The translations under genes and the position numbers were made by a program. DNA of 60,035 bases, the filler included, from Diploschistes diacapsis (Eukaryota), in assembly GCA_023645945.1 (NCBI GenBank). It is 5 parts of 5 records of this genome, joined end to end, with 100 filler letters (N's around TTAATTAATTAA, not from the genome) between each part and the next. Parts side by side here need not be neighbours in the genome. Positions count along the whole stretch, not along the records: positions 1 to 30,164 come from JALAIB010000129.1; positions 30,265 to 37,652 come from JALAIB010001291.1; 3 more parts are not named here. One strand, 5' to 3'. Shown here in pieces: positions 24,955 through 35,923 of the stretch. The notes below the pieces were generated by a model. That model had not been told where the DNA came from. It did not search any database and saw only the letters and a program-made list of their open reading frames with translations. Position 1 is the first letter of the stretch; every line of letters starts with the position of its first letter.

Positions 24955-25686
24955 GGTGCAGTTATTTTGACCGAAATATTTGCGGTCATTTATTTTGGCG
25001 TGCGGCGTAGGATGTTGGTATGGCGGAATGGCCCCCACACTCGATATACTTGAGTTCCTTAATTATTTATATACAATTTTAAGTACCTTTAAAGTAGACG
25101 AATTCTCGTATATGCCAAATATAAAAGTGAAGCTATTTAGGGATTAAATTTGTATATAAATATAAAAATAGCGCGATAGAGCGTATAATCCTTATAATAA
25201 CCCCCTCTTAATGCCTGTCGCATCCCTTTTCACCGCCATTTCTCTCACCGCCGCTTTCCTCACCGCCGTCTCCCCGCCGCTGTTCCTAGTCCTCGCAGCT
25301 GTCCCGCGGACGACGTTCCCATTCTCCGTTCCCATTCTCCTGATACGCGGCTTGTATGGACATGCCGTAGGCCACCGTATCCCGAATTATTTTTCTTTTC
25401 TTGCCAGCGACGACGGGTATCTTCGTTATTTATTGCTTGCGATCTGCTATTGTATTAATGAACGCGAATTAAGCGTTTATAAAACGTAATTCGCGATCGT
25501 ATTATCGAAAAAATGGTTGAAAAGAAAGAGAAAAAGGGATACTAGAATAATAAATAAATAAATAAATGTGGCTGAGGAAATGAGGTACTTACAAATATAT
25601 AATAATTTTATATAAAATGGGAGTACCTACTTTCTTTAGTACGTTAGTGTAAGAATCAAAAAGATTTCGGTCAGAATAACTGCTCT
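24955..25686. mobile_element. Non-autonomous Mutator/MULE-like element, AT-rich
   Basis: TIR core GCAGTTATT(T/C)TGACCGAAAT at both ends, flanked by the direct repeat GAACTGAGGG (24945-24954 and 25687-25696), i.e. a 9-10 bp TSD. Confidence 0.75.
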
Positions 25687-26011
25687 GAACTGAGGGGGGA
25701 ATGGCCCTAGCATTTTGTCCACCAACGACCGACTAGAGCATAGCATATTCAGCGATATTCAGCGACAATTGCTTTGGAAATTTGACTTTTGACTTTCACG
25801 CACTTTGCCGTTTTGCCTCCTTCTGCCTTTCCCACCGCGCATGCACTGCCTCATGCACCGACAGATGAGAACTCCTGCTGAGCTAACCCTTTCTTCTGAG
25901 AGGGCGCGAATATATTGCAGCTGTAACCCTTATACTGCCGGAGCTGCTGCAAAAACTGTCCAGACTGTCTCGAAGGTCTGAACACAGGACCTTCTGTTTT
26001 TCTAGTCGAGC

Positions 26012-27673
26012 ATGATGGAGCTTCCATCGGCTTGGATAGGGATTTCCATTGCTGCTGCTGCAATTCTAGCGTGGGCCACGTCCAAGTATCTCGACATCCC
26101 AAGAGCGCATTCGTCGCTGGAGCCGCCTGTCTTTGCCTCCACAGTGCCTTTTGTTGGACACATCATAGGCCTCCTACTCCATGGCTTGAAGTACTATCAG
26201 ATGACAAGGTACTGTTCACTCACTCACCCCTCGTCAGAAGTGGAAATTATTGATTCTTTGTGTGTCTGGGCAGTGCAAAATGCAAGCTTCCCATCTACAC
26301 CCTGAACATGCTGAACGGGAAGGTTTACATTGTCACTTCTCCCGAACTTGTGACAGCTGTGAATCGTAATTCAAAAGCTTTGGCTTTCAATCCATTCATC
26401 GCTGCACTTGGTATGCGCATCACCGGCCACGACGAGATCACGAGTCAGATAGTACAGCACAACCTGAATGGAGAAGAAGGCTCAGGATACGTCATTGATG
26501 TCCATGATGGCACCGTTACTGCACTGGCTCCTGGTACTAATCTAGAAGCAATGTTGGGGCCACTATTGCATGCAGTTGATGACCATCTGCTTCATTTGCA
26601 AGTTGGACGAACGACCGAGGTTAATTTCTTCAGCTGGACTAGAAGAATGATCACGATGTGCAGTACTAGAGCCATCTATGGGCCGTCAAGCCCATTCGTT
26701 GAGCATCCAGAGTATTGCGATCTGTTCTGGTAAGTAACAAAAACATTATACGATCATGTATTGCTGGCTGAGGCGGACAACTGATAGGGACTTTGATCAT
26801 AACCTCAACACGCTCATTCTTAATTTGTTTCCAAGCCTACTTGCACCCAAAGGGGCAAAGGCGCGGGCGACATTAGGCACAGCGTTTCAAAGATATTTCG
26901 AGAATTTCGATCAAGCGCAAAGTTCTGCCATGATCAAGGCCCGGTATGCGTCGAACATCAAGTATGGCATTACACCATGGAACCAAGGCCGCCTCGAAGT
27001 GGGTACACTCATTGGTATTCTAGCGAATACCATACCCTCTGCTTTTTTCATGCTAGTGCATATCTACTCGGACTCAGCACTGCTTCGGGAGGTTCGAGAA
27101 GAACTAGAAGCCCGGGCTGTGTCTGTATCAGCCGCCAACAAAACTGTACGGACTCTCCATGCGGGCAGCATTCGTGAAAAATGTCCGCTTTTGTCATCTG
27201 TATGGCAGGAATTACTTAGGGTCCACGCACGAGGCGCAAGTAGTCGGTTTGTCCGCGAGGACGTGATGTTGGACGGAAAGTACCTGCTCAAGAAGAACAT
27301 GGTAGTGCAAATGCCTATGGCAGCAATGCACTTGGATCCACGCATTTGGGGCGACGATGCAGCTTGCTTCCAGCCCAGGCGTTTTTTGGACGGTAATCAC
27401 AAAACGGCCAGATCCACTGCAGCATATCGACCTTTTGGCGGAGGAACCTCGATGTGTCCGGGAAGGCACTTCGTGACTCTAGAGAGTCTGGCATTGACAG
27501 CATACATTCTGCTACGCTTTGATGTCTCACCATCCAAGGGACCATGGTTCATACCTGCTGCGAAGCAAGAGAGTCTGGCTACAAACGTGTTTCCACCGGC
27601 AGAAGATATAAAGGTCAGGATCGGCAAACGTGAAGGCTACGAGGAGGTAGAATGGTCGTTTGAGATAAACTGA
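26012..27673 (+). CDS. Cytochrome P450, CYP7-like group, 3 exons
   Basis: N-terminal TM segment, EPP..VPFVGH, I-helix LANTIPSAF, ExxR (ELLR), FQPRRF and heme motif PFGGGTSMCPGR. Introns at ~26209-26273 and ~26730-26788. Confidence 0.93.
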
Positions 27674-28058
27674 TAGAATACAGCAGCTTGAGGATGAAGT
27701 GATAACCGTTTGAGTTCAGTGCTTCCCTTGCTGAGTTGATTGCGTTACGCAGATAATCTTCTTTTGGATCGTGATAAATTTATTTCCAGAACGTAGGTTG
27801 TTGTTGCACTGCATTTGCTCACAAGTGTGGTTTCGCTGTATATATCAGTTTAGTTCAATACGAGAAGTCCCACCGCAAGTCGTGTGGACCTTAAAGCAGC
27901 CGTCACCCTAGTCTGTAAAGCGGTCCTCTTGGTTTCTCAACTAGCGCATTATGGAATAACCCCCTAGAAAAAGGTTAGCGCTGATTAGTGTGGCGCCATA
28001 TACATTTTTGCTAGGGCTAAAAGACCCCCCCAGTGGCGCTGCACATCAGCATTTTATT

Positions 28059-28109
28059 CTGGGTGGTACTTTTGGGTGGTACTTCTGGGTGGTACTTCTG
28101 GGTGGTACT
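28059..28109. repeat. 13-bp tandem repeat (CTGGGTGGTACTT), about 4 copies
   Basis: Directly visible. Confidence 0.85.
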
Positions 28110-29209
28110 ACCGCACTTCGTAAGTTACCACACGCTAGCATCTGGGATTCCAGAGGAGTTAACATCGACGACAACTCCCTACCTGCTCCTCACATTTCAA
28201 CTTACTAGGGCTGCAACAGCGTGCGTGCCGTGCGAGAAGGTTTGCGACGATGGGTGTTGATGGCTTGAGAGATTCTGAGGGAGACTTGGATGAGTGTAAA
28301 GGGTTATCGAATGTCTGGACCACAGCGCCCTGTGAGTATAGTAGCTTCTACTTGCTACCCACAAGCGCCGCCTTTCCCCGTGTTTCGGCTCCAAGGGTGA
28401 ATATCATGGGCTAGGTATGATTGATGGGTTCTGTCTGTTCTGAATTTGCAGCTTCAAGTATCATCCTTGGTATGCTATGCGCGAATCTACTGGGCAACGA
28501 CATCGATTTCTCCGGCCCTCGGTGTATTCTACTGGATTGTGTTGCCACCTTCTTTCTATTCAACCATCCTGGCCTATGGAATGTTTCGTACTACATCCCA
28601 CCAGTCTAATTGGACTGAGCTACCATCCTGTCATATCCTTTTGGCTAAAAAATAGGGTGCTTTTCGTGGGCCTGCGGCTTTCTATGGATGTTTTTGTTCG
28701 TTCGATGTGAATGTGGCTTTTGTTGTCTGTCTCGACTGTGGCTGTACTGCTAAGCCACATGTTATCTTCAACATCATTTTCATTTGGCGTGCATTTCTTC
28801 AATCGGCCTGGGTTCTCTCTAGCTTATCATCTTGGCTTTTCTTCTTTCGACCTTCCTCACTGCCTTCCTTTCGATTAAGCTTTGGAATCTTCGCCCAGTT
28901 CAACGGCAGAATTCTCTGCTTAGCGGAAAGCGTATTTTCCAAGCCCAGGGAAATATTTATACTCTCTACCCTTACGACTCTCTACTCTGGCGTCAACTCG
29001 ATAACCTACGGGTGGATGTGCAGGCGTTAGGAGTGTTGGGCTTGGGACTTCAACGCAGTCAGCGGAGGCAGCTTAAACTTATCAGGCTTTCTAGTATTGG
29101 CTTGGGCGCAGACTGAAGAGTATCCCTCGCACCGTCCGATTGCAACTCAAATGTTAAGCAACACGAATAAGAAGGCAATATCGGTGATCTGCCAGCGGCT
29201 GTCGTCATC

Positions 29210-30130
29210 TCGAGCCATGCGCAAGTAGCGACAAAGACATATCCACCTGTTGGTTTTGCAAACCGTCACTGCAACTGCTAAGCCGACCACGACGAGCTTT
29301 CCGACCATTACTACTAATGCTCGTCCAACAACGGTCTCTCGAACCCGGGCTCCGACCTAGACCTACGGCCATATTTAGTTGGTGGTTGTTCCGGTGGTGT
29401 CCCAATTGCAGACAAGCTCTCGCATCCTCTTCCGCAGCGGCACCGACCCAACCGACCGGCCCGAGATCGTGAACAGCAGCGCCGCGGGCGGCGGGAGCTT
29501 GATCAATAATGACCGGTGGATCAACCTGCCGGTGGACTACAACCTGAACGACCATGTCGACACCGACGATGTGATCTCATGCCCGAATTATCACTTCCAT
29601 GACTTCTACCCCGTCTACACAGGCCCCGTCGAGAACAACGCGCAGGCTTATATGGACCATCTCTCCAGCATTCTCTCCAAGTCCGCGCCTGACATTGATT
29701 CTCTTTCTTCGAGAACATTCCTGGCGCCAACGAGATTGACAGGTATATGGGGTGGATGGCGTGGTACGAGGGCTCGCTTGACGCTCCGAATAGCTGTACC
29801 GAAAATCCTCTTTCTCCCTCTCCCTTCTCCATTCCTTCTCCTTTCTTCCCTTCCCACTTCCACTTCCTTCAGCCCTAGCCTAACCCAACTCAACCAAACC
29901 AGAGTCTCAACGACCCTATCCGAATATCTCAGCCTAGGCTCCACCTTCGCGCGGGCGCACCACCATCCACGCCCTTACCCAACGCGGACGTCTTTCACGG
30001 CACCGTACCTACATGCCGTCGATGTCATAAAGAAAGGGCCCGGCCCTTCACCATGCTGCAGCCCGAACAGCAGCCAGGACGGTGGCGGAGTTATGTCGCG
30101 GGATGCAAGTCCGCCCTCCTTCGTTCCCGA
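29210..30130 (+). pseudogene. cdh: Cellobiose dehydrogenase (AA3_1) relic
   Basis: T-rich linker KTVTATAKPTTT..PT*TYGHI, then a large deletion, then SSRILFRSGTDPTDRPEIVNSS..WINLPVDYNLNDHVDTDDVIS.P...DFY..ILSKSAPDI and TTLSEYLSLGST..PYL. These match the ascomycete CDH flavin domain. Stops and frameshifts are present. Confidence 0.82.
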
Positions 30131-30164
30131 TTCCCAATTTCCTATTCCCCATCCCCCTTCTCAC

Positions 30165-30264
30165 NNNNNNNNNNNNNNNNNNNNNNNNNNNNNNNNNNNN
30201 NNNNNNNNTTAATTAATTAANNNNNNNNNNNNNNNNNNNNNNNNNNNNNNNNNNNNNNNNNNNN
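30165..30264. other. Assembly spacer (N44-TTAATTAATTAA-N44)
   Basis: Artificial linker with stops in all six frames. Confidence 0.97.
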
Positions 30265-30360
30265 GTTTTGTACAGTATGGGTACGGTACGTATCCAAGGC
30301 GCTGGCAATGTTGAATAGCGTAAAGATGTGCCCCCTCCAAAGCATAGCATGAGCAGACCC

Positions 30361-31717
30361 TCATCCAAGCGCCCTCATCGTCAACTCTGCACTGCGCCCC
30401 CGTTAGCATCTTCCAATAGCCACAAAAACGCGAAAAAGAAAGTCGAAGCACCTACACAGCAAACGTCGCCCCACTGACGGGCAGCGCCCTCAACAGCGTC
30501 GGCCCAATCCCCTTCCAAAACCCCCTCGCCCCCTCGGCCCTCCACGTCTGCGCAAAGCAATCCCTCATCCCGCCGTACCGCTGCCCCGGCCCGAACCCGT
30601 CGCTCTGCATCTTGCTCTTCACCACGTCGAAGGGATAGCTCGCGGCCCACAGCGCCTCGCCCGCCAGCCCGCCGTACAGCGCCACCTTCCACGTCGGCAC
30701 CGCCCTGCGCTCCACGCCGTTCCGCGCCGCGTCCGCGTTCATCAGGTACTCGAAGACCAGGAACCACACGCCGTACGCCTGCGCCTCGCGCAGCAGCGTC
30801 ACCGACGTCCCGCGGTACACGCCGCGGCCCACGCCCGCGCTGGCCGTGAGCTTGCGCGCGCAGTCGACCGGCCCGGCGTACAGGCGGCCGGGCCCGTGCG
30901 CTTGCGTCTGCAGCCGGATGCGGATGTGCTCGATTGGGGAGGAGAGGAAGGTGTTTGTTAGCCCGGCGAAGGCGCCGGAGAGGTAGAACTGGGTGTACGA
31001 GAGGGTGTGCGGGTTCGAGAGGGAGAGGGAGGGGGTCGGGTGGTCGTGGGCGTTCTGGGCTTCGAAGCGTCGGCGCGCCCAGTGGAAGGCGCCGAATTGG
31101 ACGGATACCTGGTGGGTGTGGGGTGAGTGAGGGGTTCTGGGAAGGGAGGGAGCGAGAGGGAGGCAGGGCATACGCAGGCGCCTATGCCGACCAGGGGTGT
31201 TAAGGTGCCCTGTGGTGAGGAGTGTCAGCCGTGTCCTGGGGTAGAGTTATCAGGCACACTCGCCTTGTAGAAGGCTAATGGACCTTCATTTTTCAGTATC
31301 TTGGTTGCGCAGTCTAGTGCGCTGGAGTACTCTGTTGTCGTCTGTAACCGGACCTTGACAATATCTGGCATTGTAAGACTACAAGCTGCAAGAGACAGAG
31401 GTCTGCCATACCGAATGGTTGTCCTATATTACCGCCAATCAGTCACCTGCCTCGCCTTCAAGGCTATAGTTTAAAGGCTCAGTCTCTCGATAAGCGAAAG
31501 ATGTCTAGGACTGACATGCACACTGCCAGTATACAGCAACCGCAAAAACATCTCACGAAACACAGAGATGCAAACACAGCAGGCCAAACGCAACGAATGA
31601 CAACCACAAGCAAAACATACCGATCAAAACCTGCGCAACCCCTCCCGCCGCCCCCGAAACCAAGTCCTTCACTGTCCTCCCCAGCCCTTCCTCAAGCTCT
31701 GCCTCGACTTCCGCCAT
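30361..31717 (-). CDS. YMC1: Mitochondrial carrier, YMC1/YMC2-like
   Basis: KDLVSGAAGGVAQVLIGQPFDIVKVRLQ, PIEHIRIRLQ, YPFDVVKSKMQ (three Px[D/E]xx[K/R] motifs). Multi-exon, with one GC-AG intron. Confidence 0.9.
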
Positions 31718-32246
31718 TGACGCCTCTCTCTAACTGTACGGCCGGCGCTGTATACCCTTCGTGTGGGCTTTAGAGGGCGAGCGAGCGGTAGCAGCCCGTA
31801 GTAGGTCTAAAAATCCAAGGGTCAGAGGTTGGGAGTTCTGACTGAGGTGCGCAATGGGTGGGAAGTAGGAGTATATAGCTACAAGGTAGCTGAGAGGAAG
31901 CTGACAGGTAGCTATAGCTATGCCTGTAGCGAAAATCGGACGGAACTCCGACCGATACCGAATGGTAGACAACCACTTGCTTTTGCCCTGGCGCTAAGCT
32001 GGACTTGGTAAAGGGAGCGACAGGGGGGTCAATGGCGTGCTTTTTGACGGCGATGGGCATCTACGAAGGTGTTCACTGAGGAAACCAAATGTCCAGGGAC
32101 TATCTCTACGCAGCTGCAGCCATGATGAGCTAACATTGCAGTAGCATAGCAAAAAAGGCACGATTTCATAAGCAACAGACATGAAAGTTTAACGTAACAT
32201 CCAGTACATGTCCCTCATGATCCTTGTTAAATACATCATGACCACC

Positions 32247-34022
32247 TCAAGTCCCCGAATAGACCGCACTGACAAACCTTCCACACTCCACCCTCTGCTC
32301 AACGCTCACCCGCCTGCCTTCTCCCTCAAGCCCCAACTTCACCGTCTTCCTGGGCGTGAGGTGAAATCTATGGGCCTCCCTCTTTTCTCCAGCCTCCCCA
32401 CCGTCCAAGGGCCCAATATACACCGGCTGCGCGCAGTTGTTCCTCTTCCCCGTTCCCAGCTGATAGTACTCGTTTCCACCCCACCACAGCACGTCCGCGC
32501 CCCAGTTCGTGTCGTTCTCGCTGCTCCCCGCGTGCGCGCCGACGTGCGTCACGTTCGCCATTACAGCCGCAGCGTGCGTAGCGCCGACGCTGAGGGAAGA
32601 GAGCCGGATCGGGATCACTTTCTTAGCTTTCTCATCGTATTCGAATAGACCGCTTAGGGCTTTGATCTTGGCTGGTAGACCCTGCACGTGCGTCCATCGG
32701 CCTGTTCCGAGCTGGCCTAGTATACCTTGACCGCACGCCCATGTATCTGCGGAGATACGGCCTAGTGTTGGCGAGGATGCGGCGTCCTCACCGGGCTGAG
32801 CGACGCGCGTTGCCTCGATAGTGAAGAATGAGTTCAGACCGCCTGCGGCGATGGAGGTTACAGTTGGGACTTGGCCGGTGCCGGCGTAGAGGCGGCCAAG
32901 GGGTAGCAAGGAAGGGGCGTCAACAAAGGGAATCTCGGGATTCGGGTCTTGGCCTAGTTGACCGACGGTGTTGTCGCCAAAGGCAAAAACGCGGCCTTCG
33001 CTGTCGAGAACTAGCGAATGAAGCCCACCGGCTGCGACGGCTTGGACATTGAAACCGCGCAAGGTAGTAAGTTCGTGGGGCTGATCGAAGGCACCGGTGG
33101 GACGCGAAGTCCAGGTTAGGCCGGGCACGCCGAGCTGGCCGCGAGAAGGAAAGGCGCTAGAGGAGGCAGCGGAGGAGAAAACGCGGCCAGCGGAAGTGAG
33201 AAATAGCGCATGCTCGGAGCCTGAAGCTATAGCCGTTATCTTTTCATTCCATTGGAGTTTTGTGTCAACGGTGCGGTAGGAGATTGGGGAGGCAGAAGGC
33301 CAGAAAGGGAGCCAGGATGATTCAGATGCTTTTGGGCCTGCTAATTGATCTTCTTTAGATACTGGTAGCGAATAAACAGTGCCAGTCTTGGACAAAGCGA
33401 GTATACGATCGTTCGATAGCGTAACGGAGACCAGGTCTTTCCCTTTCAGTGTTCTCTGTGGCTCTCTTGCTTCTGCAGAATATGCTATTCCCCACTGGTA
33501 CAGATCGCCATTTTCTGCAATGGCCGCTGCGAACATCCTATCCAGTTTCAAGTCTCTCAACAACTGCCCGTCAAAGAATTCAATCCGTCGAGGGTTCTTG
33601 ATGCTCGTATCATCCAGATCAGGCGCTGCAACTCGCCCAGTGTTTGATCCCCAAGCATAAACCCCGGGGTTCTCCCAGCTCTTCTTGACCTGCACATGCT
33701 GCGAGCTTATTGCATCCCTATTGTCCTCCTTTGTACTGCCCCTCCTCTTCTTGGGTCTCTCAGCCACTATCTCGGGTGTAGAGGGCGCATCGGCGTAAAG
33801 TGTGCGGGTTCCAAATCCATGCGAGAGGGATAAGCTGGCTATTGTTCCAGCAAGGACCACGCCACCAAGTAATCCAGCCGTACGCAGCCGAGCTGTTCGT
33901 GCAGTATGAACACGCGTAGAGAGTGGCCTGTGAGCTTGTTGCTGTAGGACATTGGACCTTTTTGATCGACATGCACGGCAAACATGGCTCAATCCAACGG
34001 AGGGCTGCAAGATGGAGCCCAT
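32247..34022 (-). CDS. FMP25: RCC1/BLIP-II repeat mitochondrial protein
   Basis: Arg-rich presequence plus TM segment, QVKKSWENPGVYAWGSN, repeated GQLG RCC1 motifs. Single exon. Confidence 0.88.
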   Translation of the reverse strand: MGSILQPSVGLSHVCRACRSKRSNVLQQQAHRPLSTRVHTARTARLRTAGLLGGVVLAGTIASLSLSHGFGTRTLYADAPSTPEIVAERPKKRRGSTKEDNRDAISSQHVQVKKSWENPGVYAWGSNTGRVAAPDLDDTSIKNPRRIEFFDGQLLRDLKLDRMFAAAIAENGDLYQWGIAYSAEAREPQRTLKGKDLVSVTLSNDRILALSKTGTVYSLPVSKEDQLAGPKASESSWLPFWPSASPISYRTVDTKLQWNEKITAIASGSEHALFLTSAGRVFSSAASSSAFPSRGQLGVPGLTWTSRPTGAFDQPHELTTLRGFNVQAVAAGGLHSLVLDSEGRVFAFGDNTVGQLGQDPNPEIPFVDAPSLLPLGRLYAGTGQVPTVTSIAAGGLNSFFTIEATRVAQPGEDAASSPTLGRISADTWACGQGILGQLGTGRWTHVQGLPAKIKALSGLFEYDEKAKKVIPIRLSSLSVGATHAAAVMANVTHVGAHAGSSENDTNWGADVLWWGGNEYYQLGTGKRNNCAQPVYIGPLDGGEAGEKREAHRFHLTPRKTVKLGLEGEGRRVSVEQRVECGRFVSAVYSGT

Positions 34023-34696
34023 ATCCAACCGCTCTTTGTGCGATTATCTAATAGATGACGCTGGAGACCAGAAGTGATATAAATCAAGGACTTTTTACTT
34101 ATTAGTCCTGTTCTTCCATCTTTGTCGAAATGCGACTCGAGAGAACCTCTATTGTAACCAAACCTTCTGACTCGAAGACGTCATGAACCAGCCTTGCCGA
34201 CTGGGACATCTTTCGCCTACTTCTTTCCCTACTTCATGCATCATCATGTTCCCTACGCCTTCGTGCCACCGGCTGCTGCAAAGTAAAGGGTCTAAAAGAT
34301 TAAGTTATACTTGAATATAGCTGCAGACAGTCATGTAAACAGTCTTAGTCTATCGAATGCACTGCCGGCTAGCATAAATCCTAGGTTCCAACTGAGTGGT
34401 CTCTTCATCCATACAGGCATTCGTTCCATTCGGTGCATTACAATCGCTTGTTCAAAATCACAGCACGATTCAAATACAAGTCTTGTCTGGGTTGGTACTC
34501 ATTGAGTGATTTCTACCATCCAAGCGCTTGTGCGGACAAAAATGTAACAGAGTTGATGGCTAGTATGGCCTCTTGAATCCCTTGACATGAAAGCACTTTG
34601 CGTTCCATTTCATCAAGTTACTAAGCAATAAAACCCCCTCAGTCGTCCATTATCGTGACGCTTTTTGTTCCTTGAATGGTAAGGTCTTGACTCTCA

Positions 34697-35923
34697 TCAT
34701 CCGGGCACAGGCACACTGGTGGTTTCAGGTCCCCACGGGCAGAACAAGACAGGGCATTTTGGCTTGCTCTCCCTCTTCTCGACCGGAATGCACACCGCTG
34801 GAAGTGGGGTTGTCGAAGGATTGCATTCTGGGGTTCTGGCGTTTTCCATGCGAGCTGTAATTGTCGGCTCCGCAATCTGACCTTCTGGGTTGTAAACGCT
34901 TCCATCTAGGCCTTCTCCGAGGATTTGGGCGTCGCGACCCTTGAGTGGCTCAATCACTTGATTGTTTGGAAGCCTCCCGACGACTGGACCACCTAGAGAT
35001 TTGACCTTCTCGGCGGTTTGGCCTTGGGGGTTGTACACGTTACCATCCGGACCTTCCGCAATAGTTTGAGCATCTCGAGACTTTAGCTTTTGCTCGATCT
35101 GACCGCTTGGGTTGTAAACCAGACCATCGGGGAGTTCATCAAGCATCTGGGCGTCTCGAGCCTTGAGTGGTTTGACGAGGGGGTCAATGGGAGGTTTGCC
35201 GAGAACTGAGGGTTTTCGAATGAACAGTGGCTCAATGACCTGACCATTTGGAAGTTCGCCAAGCACAGGGCCGTCTCGAGCGGCAACACGAGTGTGGATG
35301 ATCTTGGCCTCATTGGTGACAGTGGAAGTGGCAGCCCAGTAGCTCTTCAGAACGGATTCGCAGTTATCGGTGTCGTGAGACAAAGGACAGAAGATCCCGC
35401 CTTCGTGCCAATGGTCACAGTCAGGAAGGTGGGGACGGTGGGTCTGAGAAGGTTCGACATGGGCAACTTCGAAATGGGGAAAGTCACCACGCTCATACGC
35501 TTCCAAGCACTAAGCGACCAAAAGTCAGTCGAGCTCGGAGGGGTTTTCTCCGCATCAATTTACCTCGTCGAGAATGCTAGGAGTAGCCAGAACGGCGTTT
35601 CCGGTGGGAGTTGGGACGGTTACCATGGCTTTCTTGACATGTCCACCAGCTGCCTACTGGGAAGTTAGCAACCATGTCTGGACAATGCATGGAACGCGAA
35701 ATCTTGAACTTTGTTTGAACTATTGACTTGATGTGAGCTGCAGAGATGCTTGATAGGCTTCTCAGCATGAACAAGGGATATAACAGAGTCATCCATTACC
35801 CATTACAATGAGCCCGGCCAACGGTCAAAGGAAGTTACAGAAGCCACTTACTGTTTCAACTGGAGCTGCCTTGACCACGGCAGCCATGAGGGCAACCGTG
35901 AGCCCGATGAGCAATTTCATCAT
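34697..35923 (-). CDS. Secreted repeat-containing protein (putative Kex2-processed peptide precursor or Pir-like protein)
   Basis: Exon 1 signal MMKLLIGLTVALMAAVVKA-APVET, exon 2 ~35564-35653, exon 3 34697-35509. Internal repeats LKxR-DAQxxxExxDGxVYNPxGQ (3 copies) and GPVxGxLPNxQVIEPL (2 copies). Confidence 0.75.

Noticed and set aside
23444..27673. Secondary-metabolite cluster around the P450s
   Set aside because: No PKS, NRPS, terpene synthase or DUF3328 backbone gene is present in the window.
28059..28109. Short repeat array as CRISPR-like or telomeric
   Set aside because: No spacers, the context is eukaryotic, and the unit is not TTAGGG. It is an ordinary minisatellite.
28140..29120. 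Hydrophobic fragments suggesting a membrane-protein pseudogene
   Set aside because: I could not assemble a consistent frame or family motif.
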